DNA of 64,000 nucleotides from Planktothrix sp. GU0601_MAG3 (GTDB lineage: Bacteria; Cyanobacteriota; Cyanobacteriia; Cyanobacteriales; Microcoleaceae), in NCBI GenBank assembly GCA_035193785.1, contig CP136572.1, positions 1,536,001-1,600,000 of the forward strand, in the 5' to 3' direction. A program made the position numbers and the translations under genes. The notes beneath the pieces are model-generated. The model worked only from the letters and a program-made list of their open reading frames with translations, was not told the DNA's origin and did no database searches. Below, in pieces: positions 44,551 through 57,874 of this stretch. Every line of letters starts with the position of its first letter. Position 1 is the stretch's first letter.

Positions 44551-44822
44551 GTGATCAGTCATCAGTGATCAGTTATCAGTGTAAGAGTCTCAGTTGAAAG
44601 CTACTGATTATCAATTGGATCTTAACTTTTTGAAATTAACTGCCTATTGCAGATACCTGTAGGGGCTGGTTTATCAGGGTTTATATAGTTATCAGAGATC
44701 TGCCAAAACCAGACCCTCCTACTACACTGATGACTAATAACTAATAACTGATGACTGATAACTAACAACTAATAACTGATCACTAATAACTGATGACTGA
44801 TAACTGATAACTGATAACTGAT
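44549..44822. repeat. Inverted STRR heptamer tracts (TCAGTNA / CTGATAA) enclosing a degenerate GTAG REP (44659-44722)
   Basis: Direct reading; GTAGGGGCTGGTTT...AAACCAGACCCTCCTAC. Confidence 0.75.
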
Positions 44823-44838
44823 TACCCGACAGCCGCCC

Positions 44839-46051
44839 ATGAATTTATTTCCCTCCCAAAATCAAAACCAGTTTAATCTTCGCCCGTTTCAATACCGAGA
44901 CTTAGAGGCGATTGAACAGCTATATGACCAGGCTGATGACACGGCATCGGCCCAGGAGTTAGAATACCTGCGTCGGTGGTATGGGTTGCTGAAATTTTTA
45001 AGTTGGTTTCCCAACCCCTGCCAAAATTTATTTAATGCCTATGTTGCTGAACAATTCGGTCAAGTTTTAGGGATGATTAAGGTCTCTCCCTTCAACACCA
45101 CCCGCAGCACTTGGCGAATTGATCGAGTATTTGTAGATCGGTTAAATAGTCAAAGCAGTATCGGTTCACAACTGTTACGGTATTGTTTTGAAACCCTTTG
45201 GGAAGCCCGAACCTGGCTATTAGAAGTGAATGTTAATGATAGTGGTTTGATCGCCCTCTATCGGCAAAATGGCTTTCAACCCTTAGCTCAAATGACCTAT
45301 TGGGTCGTGGAACCCGAACTGCTACAAACCTTGGCCACGGCTCAACCGGATTTACCCAACCTCTTACCCGTCAGTAATGCGGATGCTCAACTGCTGTATC
45401 AACTGGATACGGTGTCCATGCCTCCGTTATTGCGACAAGTATTTGACCGTCATATTTTAGATTTTAAAACCAGTTTTATTCAGGCTCTTGTGGATGCGAT
45501 CAAACAATGGTTTAGTCGCAGTGAACAGGTTAGTGGCTATGTGTTTGAACCCCAACGAAAAGCGGCAATTGGGTATTTTCAGGTACAGTTATCCCGGGAT
45601 GGTCGCCAACCCCATGTTGCTGAGTTAACCGTGCATCCAGCCTATACCTGGCTATACCCCGAATTATTATCCCAGATGGCCCATTTAGCCCAGGAATTTG
45701 GCCCCCAGTCCCTAAAATTAGCCTCGGCCGACTATCAACCCGAACGAGAAGCCTATTTAGAAAAAATTGGAGCCACACGGGTCGAACATACCTTGTTAAT
45801 GTCCCGTTTCCGTTTGGCATAAATTACGGGAGTCTAAATCTTCCCTGGAAGGGTTGCAATTATCCGATGTCTTGCCCAGTTGGCAACCTGCCCATAAACC
45901 CGTACCCACGCCCATGTCTTGGTTAGGGCCAAAGGTCAAACCTCCTTCCCCAATACAAAAATCTGCGGTGGAGGGGATCTTAGAAACGCCAGAATTAGAC
46001 CCGAAAAACTCAACCCAAAAGTCCTTGGATTTACCGTCCGATCCTATATAA
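44839..46051 (+). CDS. GNAT-family acetyltransferase (apparent +1 frameshift at 45806-45810)
   Basis: LYRQNGFQPLA, LTVHPAYTWLYP; repaired LMSRSVWHKLRE. Confidence 0.85.
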
Positions 46052-46053
46052 CT

Positions 46054-46760
<707 letters not shown>

Positions 46761-46808
46761 CAGTTGTGCCCAGTAACGTTTAATATGGTTAAAAATAGTA
46801 CGATATAA

Positions 46809-47405
46809 ATGATGTTCCCATCTAAATTTCCCGAAGAAAATGGACGTTCTGAGGAAGAACAAGTGACCGTAACCCTGACGGATGAACAGGGGCGATCGCT
46901 CGTTTGCGTCTTACAATCCTCAATTGAATTAGAAGGTCAAGATTATGGATTACTTCTACCCGTGGACTCGCCGATCGAAATTCTAACTTGGAATGATGAT
47001 GAGGATGATGATGAATCCGCAGTTCCGGTGGAATCAGAAGAAGAAATTGACAAAATTTTTAAAACTGCTAAAGCGGTTTTAGCAGAACACAATTTGGATC
47101 TAAAGCGAACAGGAATTACCCTAACCGCAGTTGGAGAATTACCGGATTTTCCCGAGGAGGGAGACTCGAATCTGGATCTGGATTCTGCTGAGTCCGATGA
47201 ACAAGAATATGAGGAACTGCTCTGGTTAGCCAGTTTCTACCATGAGGAGCAGGAATACGGTATTTATACCCCGGCTGATCCATTTTTTATTCTGGCTAAA
47301 GCCGATGAAGAAGGAGAATATAAACAACTATCTCCTGAAGAATTTAAAAGGTTGGAACCTCTTTTACCCCTGATTGAAGACCAACTTTTTGATGCTTTGG
47401 ATTAA
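46809..47405 (+). CDS. DUF3727-domain protein
   Basis: [40 protein letters not shown]; between ruvX and mltG. Confidence 0.82.
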   Translation: MMFPSKFPEENGRSEEEQVTVTLTDEQGRSLVCVLQSSIELEGQDYGLLLPVDSPIEILTWNDDEDDDESAVPVESEEEIDKIFKTAKAVLAEHNLDLKRTGITLTAVGELPDFPEEGDSNLDLDSAESDEQEYEELLWLASFYHEEQEYGIYTPADPFFILAKADEEGEYKQLSPEEFKRLEPLLPLIEDQLFDALD

Positions 47406-47556
47406 AGGATTTAGATCTGTTTCCACTTTTTTTGTGAGCAGATCTTTTTTCATAATTGAGTTCACATAAATTCAGTTTTTATCGAAATTTTAATTAGGGG
47501 GAAGTAGCTTGGGAATTGCAAACAAAAAGCAGAAAAAACCTCAAGATAAACAAACC

Positions 47557-48631
47557 ATGAAACGGTTTTCTAAAGGATTTTTTTACCTTCTAATTCTGCC
47601 GATTATTTGGGGATTCTTCGGATGGCAGGGTTGGGCTTGGTGGAGTTGGGCCAGTGCCGCTCCCCAAAGTCAGGAACAGGTTAACTCCTCTGGTGGCAAG
47701 GGAAACAGCGTCAAAATCCTGATTCCCCCAGGAAACCTCCAGTCAGCAAATTGGGGAAGATTTGAAGGCGGCGGGGTTAATTCGTTCTGATGTAGCTTGG
47801 AGACTGTGGGCGCGGTGGTTAATCTTCCAAAACCCCCAAGGGGATTTTAAGGCGGGAAGTTATTCCCTGGCTCCTACCCAGTCACTAAGTCAGGTGGCTG
47901 CTACCATCTGGAATGGAGAAGTAATGACTCTAAGTTTCACCATTCCTGAAGGATGGTCGATGCAACAGATGGCCGAATATTTTGAGCAACAGGGATTTTT
48001 TTCGGCGGAAAAATTTCTGGAGGCGAGTCGTCAAATTCCCTATCAGGATTATCCTTGGCTTCCGCCCAATTTACCTTTATTAGAAGGCTTTCTATTTCCC
48101 GATACCTATCAAGTCGAAGCAACGGAAGTTACTCCCCAAGCCGTCATCCGTCAGATGTTAAATCGGTTTCAAGACCAGGCGTTACCCGTTTATCAACAAG
48201 CTGCATCCCAACATAATTTGAGTTTAAATGAATGGGTAGCTTTAGCCAGTATTGTGGAAAAAGAAGCCGTAATTCCGAGTGAAAGAAATCGCATTTCTGG
48301 GGTATTTCATAACCGTTTAAAACAAGGAATTCAACTTGCGGCTGATCCGACGGTAGAATATGCTTTGGGCATTCGTCAAACCGTTGATCAACCCCTAACC
48401 TTTAAACAAGTGGAAACACCTTCTCCCTACAATACTTATATTAATGTGGGTTTACCCCCAACGGCGATTGCTAGTCCGGGTTTAGCCAGTTTAAAAGCTA
48501 CCTTAACCCCGGAAAAAACCGATTATTTGTATTTTATGGCGCGATACGACGGAACCCATATTTTTAGTCGGACGGAAGCGGAACATCAAGCGGCGATTGC
48601 TGAAGTTGAACGCAATCTTTCTTCTCAATAG
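47557..48631 (+). CDS. mltG: Endolytic transglycosylase MltG (apparent +1 frameshift at 47732-47736)
   Basis: TIPEG, LEGFLFPDTY, LASIVEKEA, DPTVEY, SPYNTY, GLPPT.I.SPG. Confidence 0.92.
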
Positions 48632-48678
48632 AAAATAATTGCTTTTTCAACCTACATCTACATCTACAACAAGAGAAC

Positions 48679-49894
48679 GTGCGCTTTAGTGATTATTTTT
48701 ATAGTCTAAAACCCAGTTTTTTAGTGAAAACAAAAGCTGCGTATTTAGCCATTTTGTTCGGACTTTCGAGTCCCTTATCAATAGCTCCTAATTCCGAAAT
48801 TTTTTTGCCTTCCTCGGGGAATTCTGGGATTGATTCCCAGGGGACAACTCCCCCAAATTCTCTGATTCCTTGGGGTTGGGACGCGGGGCTAAAAATTCGC
48901 CGAGTGGCTGGCTATTATCCAGGTAGTCCTGTGTACTTCGAGAGTTGTCCTGACGGAGTTGGGGGGAAATGTTACGGGTCAATTCCTAATCGTTCTGGGT
49001 TTTATACCCTAGCCTATGGCTCCTTTAGTTACAAGGATAAAGTGGGGCCAACGGGAAAATTAAGTTGTATTCCCAACGAAGCTGAAAACCCCAACGCCCC
49101 AAATGATCGAATTTTAATGGAAACCGCACCCTTCCGAACCCTTTGGTACTCCCCCGGTCAAGGGTCGCTGTCCTTACTTTTTTTACTGGCGAAACAACGG
49201 AGGGAGTCCCTCAGCCTATTTGATCAATGATAGTTCCAGCTTGTCCCAAATTCCCTTTGGTTATGGTAGTTTCTACATTGGACTGCAAGAAAACCTCAAA
49301 ACCTATCCCGGGACTTATGGTGGGTTAGATCACCGAAATCGAGTGATGACACCTTTATATGCTTGGGTGCAAGGTGTCCGTTTGAAATTGCGGGCTAAGG
49401 TGTGTTTTGCGGATAAAACTCAAGATTCATACCGGAAAATTAGGGTACATACGGATATGACTTTTCATAGTTTAAAAAGCCGTCAAGGGTTTGGGGTATC
49501 TGTTAATTTAATGGATTATGTAATTAATCAAGGCAAAATATCCACCTTACCTGAGTTATTTCGTGAACCTGAAGTAGCCGAATATTCTTTAGCTCAACTT
49601 CATGTTAATGGCAAATTATGGAATGTGACACCCAAGGATTTAAAGTTCACTGTTGATCAGTCCTTGAATTGTAATTTGCCTTTGAAAGATTTACCTTTTC
49701 AGGATGTTTATATTCCCTTTAAAGCTATTTTTGAACGGTTAATTGCCGAAGGCAAAATTGATCGCCGTCTGACTGAGGATGCAATTCTTTCTAGTACAAT
49801 TGTGGTGGGATTGGAACAGTGGGGAAGAAATCGCTCGGAAGTAGAAATTTCTGATCGCAGTATTCTGATTTCCTTGCCCCCTATTGCCCGGTGA
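48679..49894 (+). CDS. Hypothetical, probably secreted protein (apparent +1 frameshift at 49191-49195)
   Basis: ORFs 48679..49230 and 49220..49894 join (LLANNGGSPSAYLIND); no family recognised. Confidence 0.6.
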
Positions 49895-49973
49895 TCCAAG
49901 AATTTTAGGAAAAAACTTCTCCATATTGCCTCCTTTTCCGCTAAAATTAAGGGGATAAAATTCTACGGTTATT

Positions 49974-50487
49974 ATGTCTTGGGGGAAACTCTTACAGCCT
50001 GATTTAGTCCTTGGGGATTGCATTTTGCACTTGACACCGGAGTTATTGCAACGGCATCAGATTAAGGGAATGGTGCTAGATGTGGATGAAACCTTAGTTC
50101 CGATTACAGAAAAATCGGTTTCTGAGGATCTCAAAGATTGGATCGATACCTTCAAACCTGATTTGAGTCTATGGTTGGTGAGTAACAACATTAGTCAAAC
50201 TCGTATTGGTAGTATTGCTGAAACCTTGAATTTGCCTTATATTATCGGCGCGGGTAAACCCTCCCGGCGGAAACTGAAGCGGGCCGTTGAAGCCATGGAT
50301 TTACCGATAGAACAGGTGGCAATGGTGGGCGATCGCTTATTTACCGATGTGTTGGCGGGGAAACCGTTTGGGAATGTTTACAATTTTGGTGGAACCGATG
50401 ATTGACCCAGGAATCATGCCATCGGTCAATTCTGTGCGTAATTTTGAGGTATTGATATCTAAGATGTTAGGGGCATCTCTGCACTAA
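49974..50487 (+). CDS. yqeG: YqeG-family HAD IIIA phosphatase (apparent +1 frameshift at 50360-50364)
   Basis: LDVDETL, VSNN, KPSR, MVGDRLFTDVLAGNRLG after repair. Confidence 0.9.
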
Positions 50488-50657
50488 TAGGCACTAATGA
50501 TTATATAGAGGGATGTATTTGCAGTCTACAAAGCCAGTTTAGGCTTGATTTGGGCTTAATTTTTGTTTAAGTCCCAGGGGAAAAAATAGCCTCGGTCGTT
50601 TACGAAATTCTAGGAGGAGGTTGTGTAGTAGGCTGACATAGAATTGATTTAGACTTT

Positions 50658-51029
50658 ATGATCAACAACCAGTCGCAGTTTTCTGTGGAACATTTTGCAT
50701 TCCTGAAATCCAAGTATCAAGCAACTGATTATGAAAACTCATCCCTCTCTAGTCTTTTGTATTTGATATTGAGAAAAGCAGATTTAGGAATGAATATCAA
50801 TGAAATAGAATGGAATTGGTTACTAGATAATCAACTATTAGAAACAATTGAATCCCTTAAACGGGGTGCTTCACCGAAAGATCAGGATGCGGAAATGAAG
50901 CAAATCGTTAAAAATGCTAAGGATGAAAATAAGCGCCGAGAAGTTGTAGAATATCTACTGAAAAAAGATCCTAATCGTTATGCTTGGGCTAAATCTTATT
51001 TGAAAAAACCTAAAAATTTAGGGAAGTAA
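50658..51029 (+). CDS. Hypothetical protein, possibly truncated
   Basis: 123-aa ORF, HF.FLKSKY..SSLLYLILRK. Confidence 0.55.
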   Translation: MINNQSQFSVEHFAFLKSKYQATDYENSSLSSLLYLILRKADLGMNINEIEWNWLLDNQLLETIESLKRGASPKDQDAEMKQIVKNAKDENKRREVVEYLLKKDPNRYAWAKSYLKKPKNLGK

Positions 51030-51052
51030 TTAGATCGCTCTCATTTCTAGGT

Positions 51053-51286
51053 TTAACTTAGAAATGAGGGACAAAATAATATTTTTTGAAAACGAACATG
51101 AGCTTTACTCGCTAACAGGGTTTGTAAGTATTGTGTACCTTCCTCAACCGTATAATAATGAGAGGGACTTTCTGGACTCATTTTAATAATTTCACCAGCC
51201 AAAAGTTCGACGTTGCGATCGCCCAAAATCCCAGCATCAATCATGTTATGATAATCTTCCACAGACCATTTTAATAATGTCTTCAT
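51053..51286 (-). pseudogene. Truncated Uma2-family endonuclease (N-terminal part only)
   Basis: KWSVEDYHNMIDAGIL..VELLAGEIIKMSP, then premature end. Confidence 0.7.
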
Positions 51287-51351
51287 TGTCAAATCATCTC
51301 CTAATCTTGGGGATTTGAACAGCTTATATCCTAGTATAATCAAAAAAATAA

Positions 51352-51423
<72 letters not shown>

Positions 51424-51491
51424 AAAAAAAATCAAGGACAAAAAACTAACGAATGATAGCTTCTAATCTTTAATTTTTTTAGTTTTAGAGG

Positions 51492-51573
51492 TGGGCCGAG
51501 CTGGATTTGAACCAGCGTAGGCGTAGCCAGCGGATTTACAGTCCGCCCCCATTAACCGCTCGGGCATCGACCC
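51492..51573 (-). tRNA. tRNA-Tyr(GTA)
   Basis: GGGTCGATGCCCGAGCGGTTAATGGGGGCGGACTGTAAATCCGC...GGTTCAAATCCAGCTCGGCCCA; long variable arm. Confidence 0.97.
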
Positions 51574-51592
51574 ATTTATTCAACAATTTTAT

Positions 51593-51620
51593 ATAGTAGC
51601 ACAATCTCAGAAAATGTCTA
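51593..51620 (-). promoter_or_regulatory. Putative sigma70 promoter of the tRNA-Tyr/Thr operon
   Basis: TAGACA-N16-TACTAT about 20 nt upstream of tRNA-Tyr. Confidence 0.4.
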
Positions 51621-51661
51621 GGGGTTTGGCAAAAAACTTTTTTTGCCCGAGGTAAAAGGGG

Positions 51662-53000
<1,339 letters not shown>

Positions 53001-53004
53001 CTAC

Positions 53005-53033
53005 AATAAAAGACTTCCCGGGGGTAGGAAGTC
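53005..53033 (-). terminator. Rho-independent terminator after glgC
   Basis: Minus strand GACTTCC-loop-GGAAGTC followed by TTTTATT. Confidence 0.55.
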
Positions 53034-53072
53034 CTCTAAATAAATGGATTGGGTTTTGTTTTCAGACCAACA

Positions 53073-54362
53073 TTAAATAACCGTATAGTCAGAAATCACT
53101 GCATTTTTCAGGATTACAATAATCCCACTACGGATATAAAATCCTAAGTCTTCCCGTTCCGCTTCTTCGATATCCTCTTTGTTGATAATTTGGACATGGC
53201 GACCAATGCGAGCATTTTTATCAACAATCGCCTTCCGAATCACGGTATTAGAACCAATTCCCAAGGGAATTTCACCTTCTTGTAAACCGGAAGAACGTTC
53301 CGAGAAGGGTTGATAGAAGTCCGAACCCATAAGTAGGGTATCTTCAATCACACAGCCCTCTTCCACCCGGGAACGTAACCCCAAAACCGAATGGTCAATC
53401 CGACATTCTTTGAGAATACAACCTTCGGCAATAATGGATTCAGTAATCCGACAGTCTAGGATTTTTGTAGGCGGTAAGTGACGAGACCGGCTATAAATGG
53501 GAGCTTTTTCATCATAGAAGCTAAAGCTGGGGTGGGGTTGTTGGGTTAAACCCAAATTGGCATGATAAAACGCTTCAATGGTTCCAATATCTTCCCAATA
53601 GTCTTTAAACAAAAAGGCTTGAACGTTTAAATTTCCCGATGCGTTGGGAATTACTTCTTTCCCGAAATCAGTTTCCTGGGGATTTTCGTCTAATAACTTA
53701 ATCAAGGTGTCTTTGTTAAAGACATAAATCCCCATGGAGGCGATATAAGGATTTTCTTGGGCTTGTTCGGGAGATAAACCCAAGGCGGAGGTATCCACCC
53801 GCATTTCTTTGAGGGCGTCCCCTTTGGGTTTTTCGCTGAAACTAATCACCCGTCCAGAATCATCAAGTTTCATTAACCCAAAATCCGAGGCCCGTTTTTC
53901 GTCAATGGGCAATACGGAAAGGGTAATATCCGCTTTGGTGTCTAAATGACGTTGGACAAATTCCCGATAGTCCATGCGGTAGAGATGGTCACCGGATAAA
54001 ATCAGAAATTGGTCAACGTCCCATTCCTTCAGCAGCCACAAATACTGACGCACCGCATCTGCTGTACCCTGGAACCAATTCGGGTTTTGGGTGGTTTGTT
54101 GGGCGGCTAGGACTTCGGTAAAGCTATCATCAAAACCCGCGAAGTTATAGGCCCGGGCAATATGGCGGTTTAAGGATGCTGAGTTAAATTGGGTTAAAAC
54201 GTAGATTTTGAGAATTTCTGAATTAATACAGTTACTAATGGGGATATCAATTAACCGATATTTCCCGGCGATGGGAACCGCAGGTTTGGCCCGCATTTTG
54301 GTTAAAGGATACAGGCGGCTTCCCGCGCCGCCACCGAGAATGATTGCTAAAACTCTTTTCAC
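53073..54362 (-). CDS. glgC: Glucose-1-phosphate adenylyltransferase
   Basis: [42 protein letters not shown]. Confidence 0.97.
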   Translation of the reverse strand: MKRVLAIILGGGAGSRLYPLTKMRAKPAVPIAGKYRLIDIPISNCINSEILKIYVLTQFNSASLNRHIARAYNFAGFDDSFTEVLAAQQTTQNPNWFQGTADAVRQYLWLLKEWDVDQFLILSGDHLYRMDYREFVQRHLDTKADITLSVLPIDEKRASDFGLMKLDDSGRVISFSEKPKGDALKEMRVDTSALGLSPEQAQENPYIASMGIYVFNKDTLIKLLDENPQETDFGKEVIPNASGNLNVQAFLFKDYWEDIGTIEAFYHANLGLTQQPHPSFSFYDEKAPIYSRSRHLPPTKILDCRITESIIAEGCILKECRIDHSVLGLRSRVEEGCVIEDTLLMGSDFYQPFSERSSGLQEGEIPLGIGSNTVIRKAIVDKNARIGRHVQIINKEDIEEAEREDLGFYIRSGIIVILKNAVISDYTVI

Positions 54363-54723
54363 AAAAAATTACCTCTCAACTGCCAATAGTCTTCCCAAGT
54401 CCAGTGTCCGACTGTACGGTACTCTTGACAAGGGGGGAGAGGCAAAACCGACCTTAAGTTTAGGTTAGGGTTAAGTTAGGAGGAAGGGATGACCGGGGCC
54501 AAAGAATTATTAAACAGTTATTGAATTTTAAGGGTTGAAAATTTTCTAGCTGTTTAGAATTGGATAATTTTTTATATTTTTTTACCGGATTTATCGGGAG
54601 TCGTTTTGCCAATTTCAAGTTATACCAGAATAAACAGGATCATTTTTGATTCAGAACAGAGGATTTATGATGCCCCCATATTGGCATAGATCAAACAGCT
54701 ATTGATAAACCAAAAAAAATGAG

Positions 54724-54774
54724 GATATTAAAGTTTTATTAATTCAAGAGTCAAATTAATAAAACTTTAATATC
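54724..54774. repeat. Perfect 21-bp AT-rich inverted repeat with 9-nt loop
   Basis: GATATTAAAGTTTTATTAATT-caagagtca-AATTAATAAAACTTTAATATC. Confidence 0.85.
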
Positions 54775-54930
54775 TGATTGGAATGATTGACTTGCTGGAG
54801 AGGTTAGCGATCGCCTAAAATTCAATAGCTAATTTCTAAGCTCGGTGCAGTTCAGCTAAATCGGATAACTTTGTAAAATTTTGCTTGATTTTAGCATTTA
54901 TACTTATCATAATGTGATTAAAATTTATCT

Positions 54931-56394
54931 ATGTTAATAAAAACTCCAGATTGGGTTAAACACGCGGTATTCTATCAAATTTTTCCCGATCGCTTTGCCC
55001 AAGCAGCTATTCCGCGCCAAAAATTGTTAAAATCCGATCGCTGGGAACCATGGGATTTACCACCGAGTTTACAGGGATATAAAGGAGGTAATTTATGGGG
55101 CGTGATTGAAAAATTAGATTATTTACAGGATTTGGGGATTAATGCGATTTATTTTACCCCTATTTTTCAATCGGCTTGTAATCATCGTTACCATACCCAT
55201 GACTATTACCAAATTGACCCCATACTGGGGGGAAATACGGCTTTTAAGGAGTTATTAGATGCAGCCCATCAACGCCAGATTAAAATTGTTTTAGATGGAG
55301 TTTTTAACCATGCCAGTCGGGGCTTTTTCCAGTTCCATGATATTTTAGAAAATGGCCCCCATTCTCCTTGGTTAGATTGGTTTAAAATTGAAGGTTGGCC
55401 GTTATCTGCCTATGATGGCAGTAAACCTGCTAATTATGTCGGTTGGATTGGAAATCGGGCTTTACCTCAATTCAATCATGATCACCCTCAAGTGAGGGAA
55501 TATATCATGGAAATTGCTGAATATTGGATTGATTTTGGGATTGATGGTTGGCGTTTAGATGTGCCTTTTGAGGTGAAAACTCCGGGTTTTTGGCAGGAAT
55601 TTCGAGATAGAGTTAAGGCGATTAATCCAGAGGCTTATATTGTTGGGGAAGTGTGGGGAGATTCCCGAGAATGGTTAGATGGGAAGCAATTTGATGGGGT
55701 GATGAATTATTTATTTACCGCCCCAACTATTGCTTTTTCCGCCGGAAATCGTGTTAAAATGGAATTAGTCGAAGGCCCGTCTTATTTTCCTTATCCGGCT
55801 CTATCTGCTAAGGAATATGGGGAAAAAATACAAGATTTATTAGCGTTATATCCTTGGGAAATTCAACTAACTCAATTAAATTTACTCGATAGCCATGATA
55901 CCGCCCGATTAATTAGTGTGGCGGGAGGCGACCAAGCTAGTGTTGAATTAGCAACTTTATTGTTATTTACCTTTCCGGGCGCACCTAGTATTTATTACGG
56001 GGATGAAGTCGGGTTGGAAGGACAACTTGACCCCGACTCTCGCCGCAGTTTTCCGATGCCAGATTCTTGGGATCAGGATATTTTAGCATATCATAAAAAA
56101 CTGATTTCTATTCGTCACCAATATCCGGCTTTAAGAACAGGTTCTTATCAGATATTATATGCTGAAGGAGTGGTTTATGGATTTGTTCGATGTTTAGACA
56201 ATCAGGAATTAATTGTTATGGTGAATGCGGGAACAGAATCAGCTAAAATTAATTTTACGGTTACTGATTTAAAGACTCGTCCTAATCAGTTAATTTATGG
56301 CGCGGGTAAATTCAGTTGGAAACCAGAAAATCACACCACAGAATTAGAGGTCTATCTTCCTCCCCGTCAAGGAATAATTTTAGCCAATTCTTAG
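54931..56394 (+). CDS. GH13 neopullulanase/cyclomaltodextrinase
   Basis: FYQIFPDRF, LDGVFNH, GWRLDV, GEVW, LLDSHDT, IYYGDE. Confidence 0.92.
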   Translation: MLIKTPDWVKHAVFYQIFPDRFAQAAIPRQKLLKSDRWEPWDLPPSLQGYKGGNLWGVIEKLDYLQDLGINAIYFTPIFQSACNHRYHTHDYYQIDPILGGNTAFKELLDAAHQRQIKIVLDGVFNHASRGFFQFHDILENGPHSPWLDWFKIEGWPLSAYDGSKPANYVGWIGNRALPQFNHDHPQVREYIMEIAEYWIDFGIDGWRLDVPFEVKTPGFWQEFRDRVKAINPEAYIVGEVWGDSREWLDGKQFDGVMNYLFTAPTIAFSAGNRVKMELVEGPSYFPYPALSAKEYGEKIQDLLALYPWEIQLTQLNLLDSHDTARLISVAGGDQASVELATLLLFTFPGAPSIYYGDEVGLEGQLDPDSRRSFPMPDSWDQDILAYHKKLISIRHQYPALRTGSYQILYAEGVVYGFVRCLDNQELIVMVNAGTESAKINFTVTDLKTRPNQLIYGAGKFSWKPENHTTELEVYLPPRQGIILANS

Positions 56395-56636
56395 TTTTCT
56401 AGGCAAACATAAAGAGATAATGGGCAATTAGGAAATCGGCAATAACCAATGGTGATTGATTTTTCTAATAAGATCAATAATCATTCTAATTGCCGATGGG
56501 AACTTCATTTATTCAAGATTCTATATCTTCACCATTGCCCATTGCCCATTACCCCTTGCCCATTCCCTATTCCCTATTTTTTACCTTATAATAACAAATC
56601 TACATTGAGTCCAATTATTAATAATAATATCAGATT

Positions 56637-57837
56637 ATGACCCAAGATTCCCCATCCATGCTAGAAAGAATTAAAGATATTACTACAACGTTATCCCCTC
56701 GGTTAATTGAGATTCGTCGCCATATTCATGCCCATCCAGAACTCAGTGGTCAAGAATATCAAACCTCCGCTTATGTCGCCGGGGTGTTGTCCTCCTGTGG
56801 GATTAAGGTGCAAGAAGGTATAGGGAAAACGGGAGTCGTGGGGGAATTCAAAGGAAATACCGCCAACCCCCGTTGGTTTGCGATTCGCACCGATATGGAT
56901 GCCCTGCCCATGACCGAATTAACCGGGTTAGAGTATGCTTCTCGACAAATGGGAGTGATGCACGCTTGCGGACACGATTTGCACACCACGTTAGGGTTAG
57001 GCGCGGCGATGGTATTATCTCAGTTAGGCAAGGATTTTCCCGGGAAAGTAAGGTTTCTTTTCCAACCTGCGGAAGAAATTGCGAAAGGAGCGACCTGGAT
57101 GGTGCATGATAACGTCATGGAGGACGTGGCAGCGATTTTGGGGGTTTCATGTCTTCCCCAGTATTCCCGCCGGGTGTGTGGGGCTGCGACCGGGGGCGTT
57201 AACGGCGGCGGCGGATGATTTGGAATTAACTATTATCGGGGAGTCGGGTCACGGGGCACGCCCCCATGAAGCTAAGGATGCAATTTGGATCGCGGCCCAG
57301 GTAATTACAATGTTACAACAGGCGATTAGTCGCACCCAAAACCCTTTAAGACCTGTGGTTTTATCCATTGGTCAAATTATGGGCGGACGCGCACCTAATA
57401 TTATTGCGGATCAGGTTAAACTATTAGGAACGGTGCGATCGCTTCACCCTGAAACCTACGAAACTTTACCCGGTTGGATAGAACAAATTGTTGCTAATAT
57501 CTGCCAAATGTACGGCGCAAATTATGAGTTAAATTATCGTCGGGGTGTTCCCTCGGTGCAGAATGATCCGATGTTAACTCAAATTGTCGAAGAAAGTGTT
57601 AGAGAGGCTTTTGGGTCTGGTGCGGTTGTAAATTTACCCGAACCCTCTTTAGGGGCGGAGGATTTTTCTGTCTATTTAGATTATGCACCCGGCATGATGT
57701 TTCGGTTGGGAGTCGGACACAAAAATAAACATAATCATCCCCTACATCATCCTAAGTTTGAAGTTGATGAATCGGCAATTATTACGGGGGTGGTAACTTT
57801 AGCTTATTCCGCCTATAAATTTTGCCAGAAACAATGA
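56637..57837 (+). CDS. M20D amidohydrolase (apparent +1 frameshift at 57144-57148)
   Basis: HAHPELS, RTDMDALP, MHACGHD, FQPAEE, GHGARPH, AEDF. Confidence 0.92.
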
Positions 57838-57874
57838 GCAATGGAGAAAAATTAATTAATATAAACTCCACACC

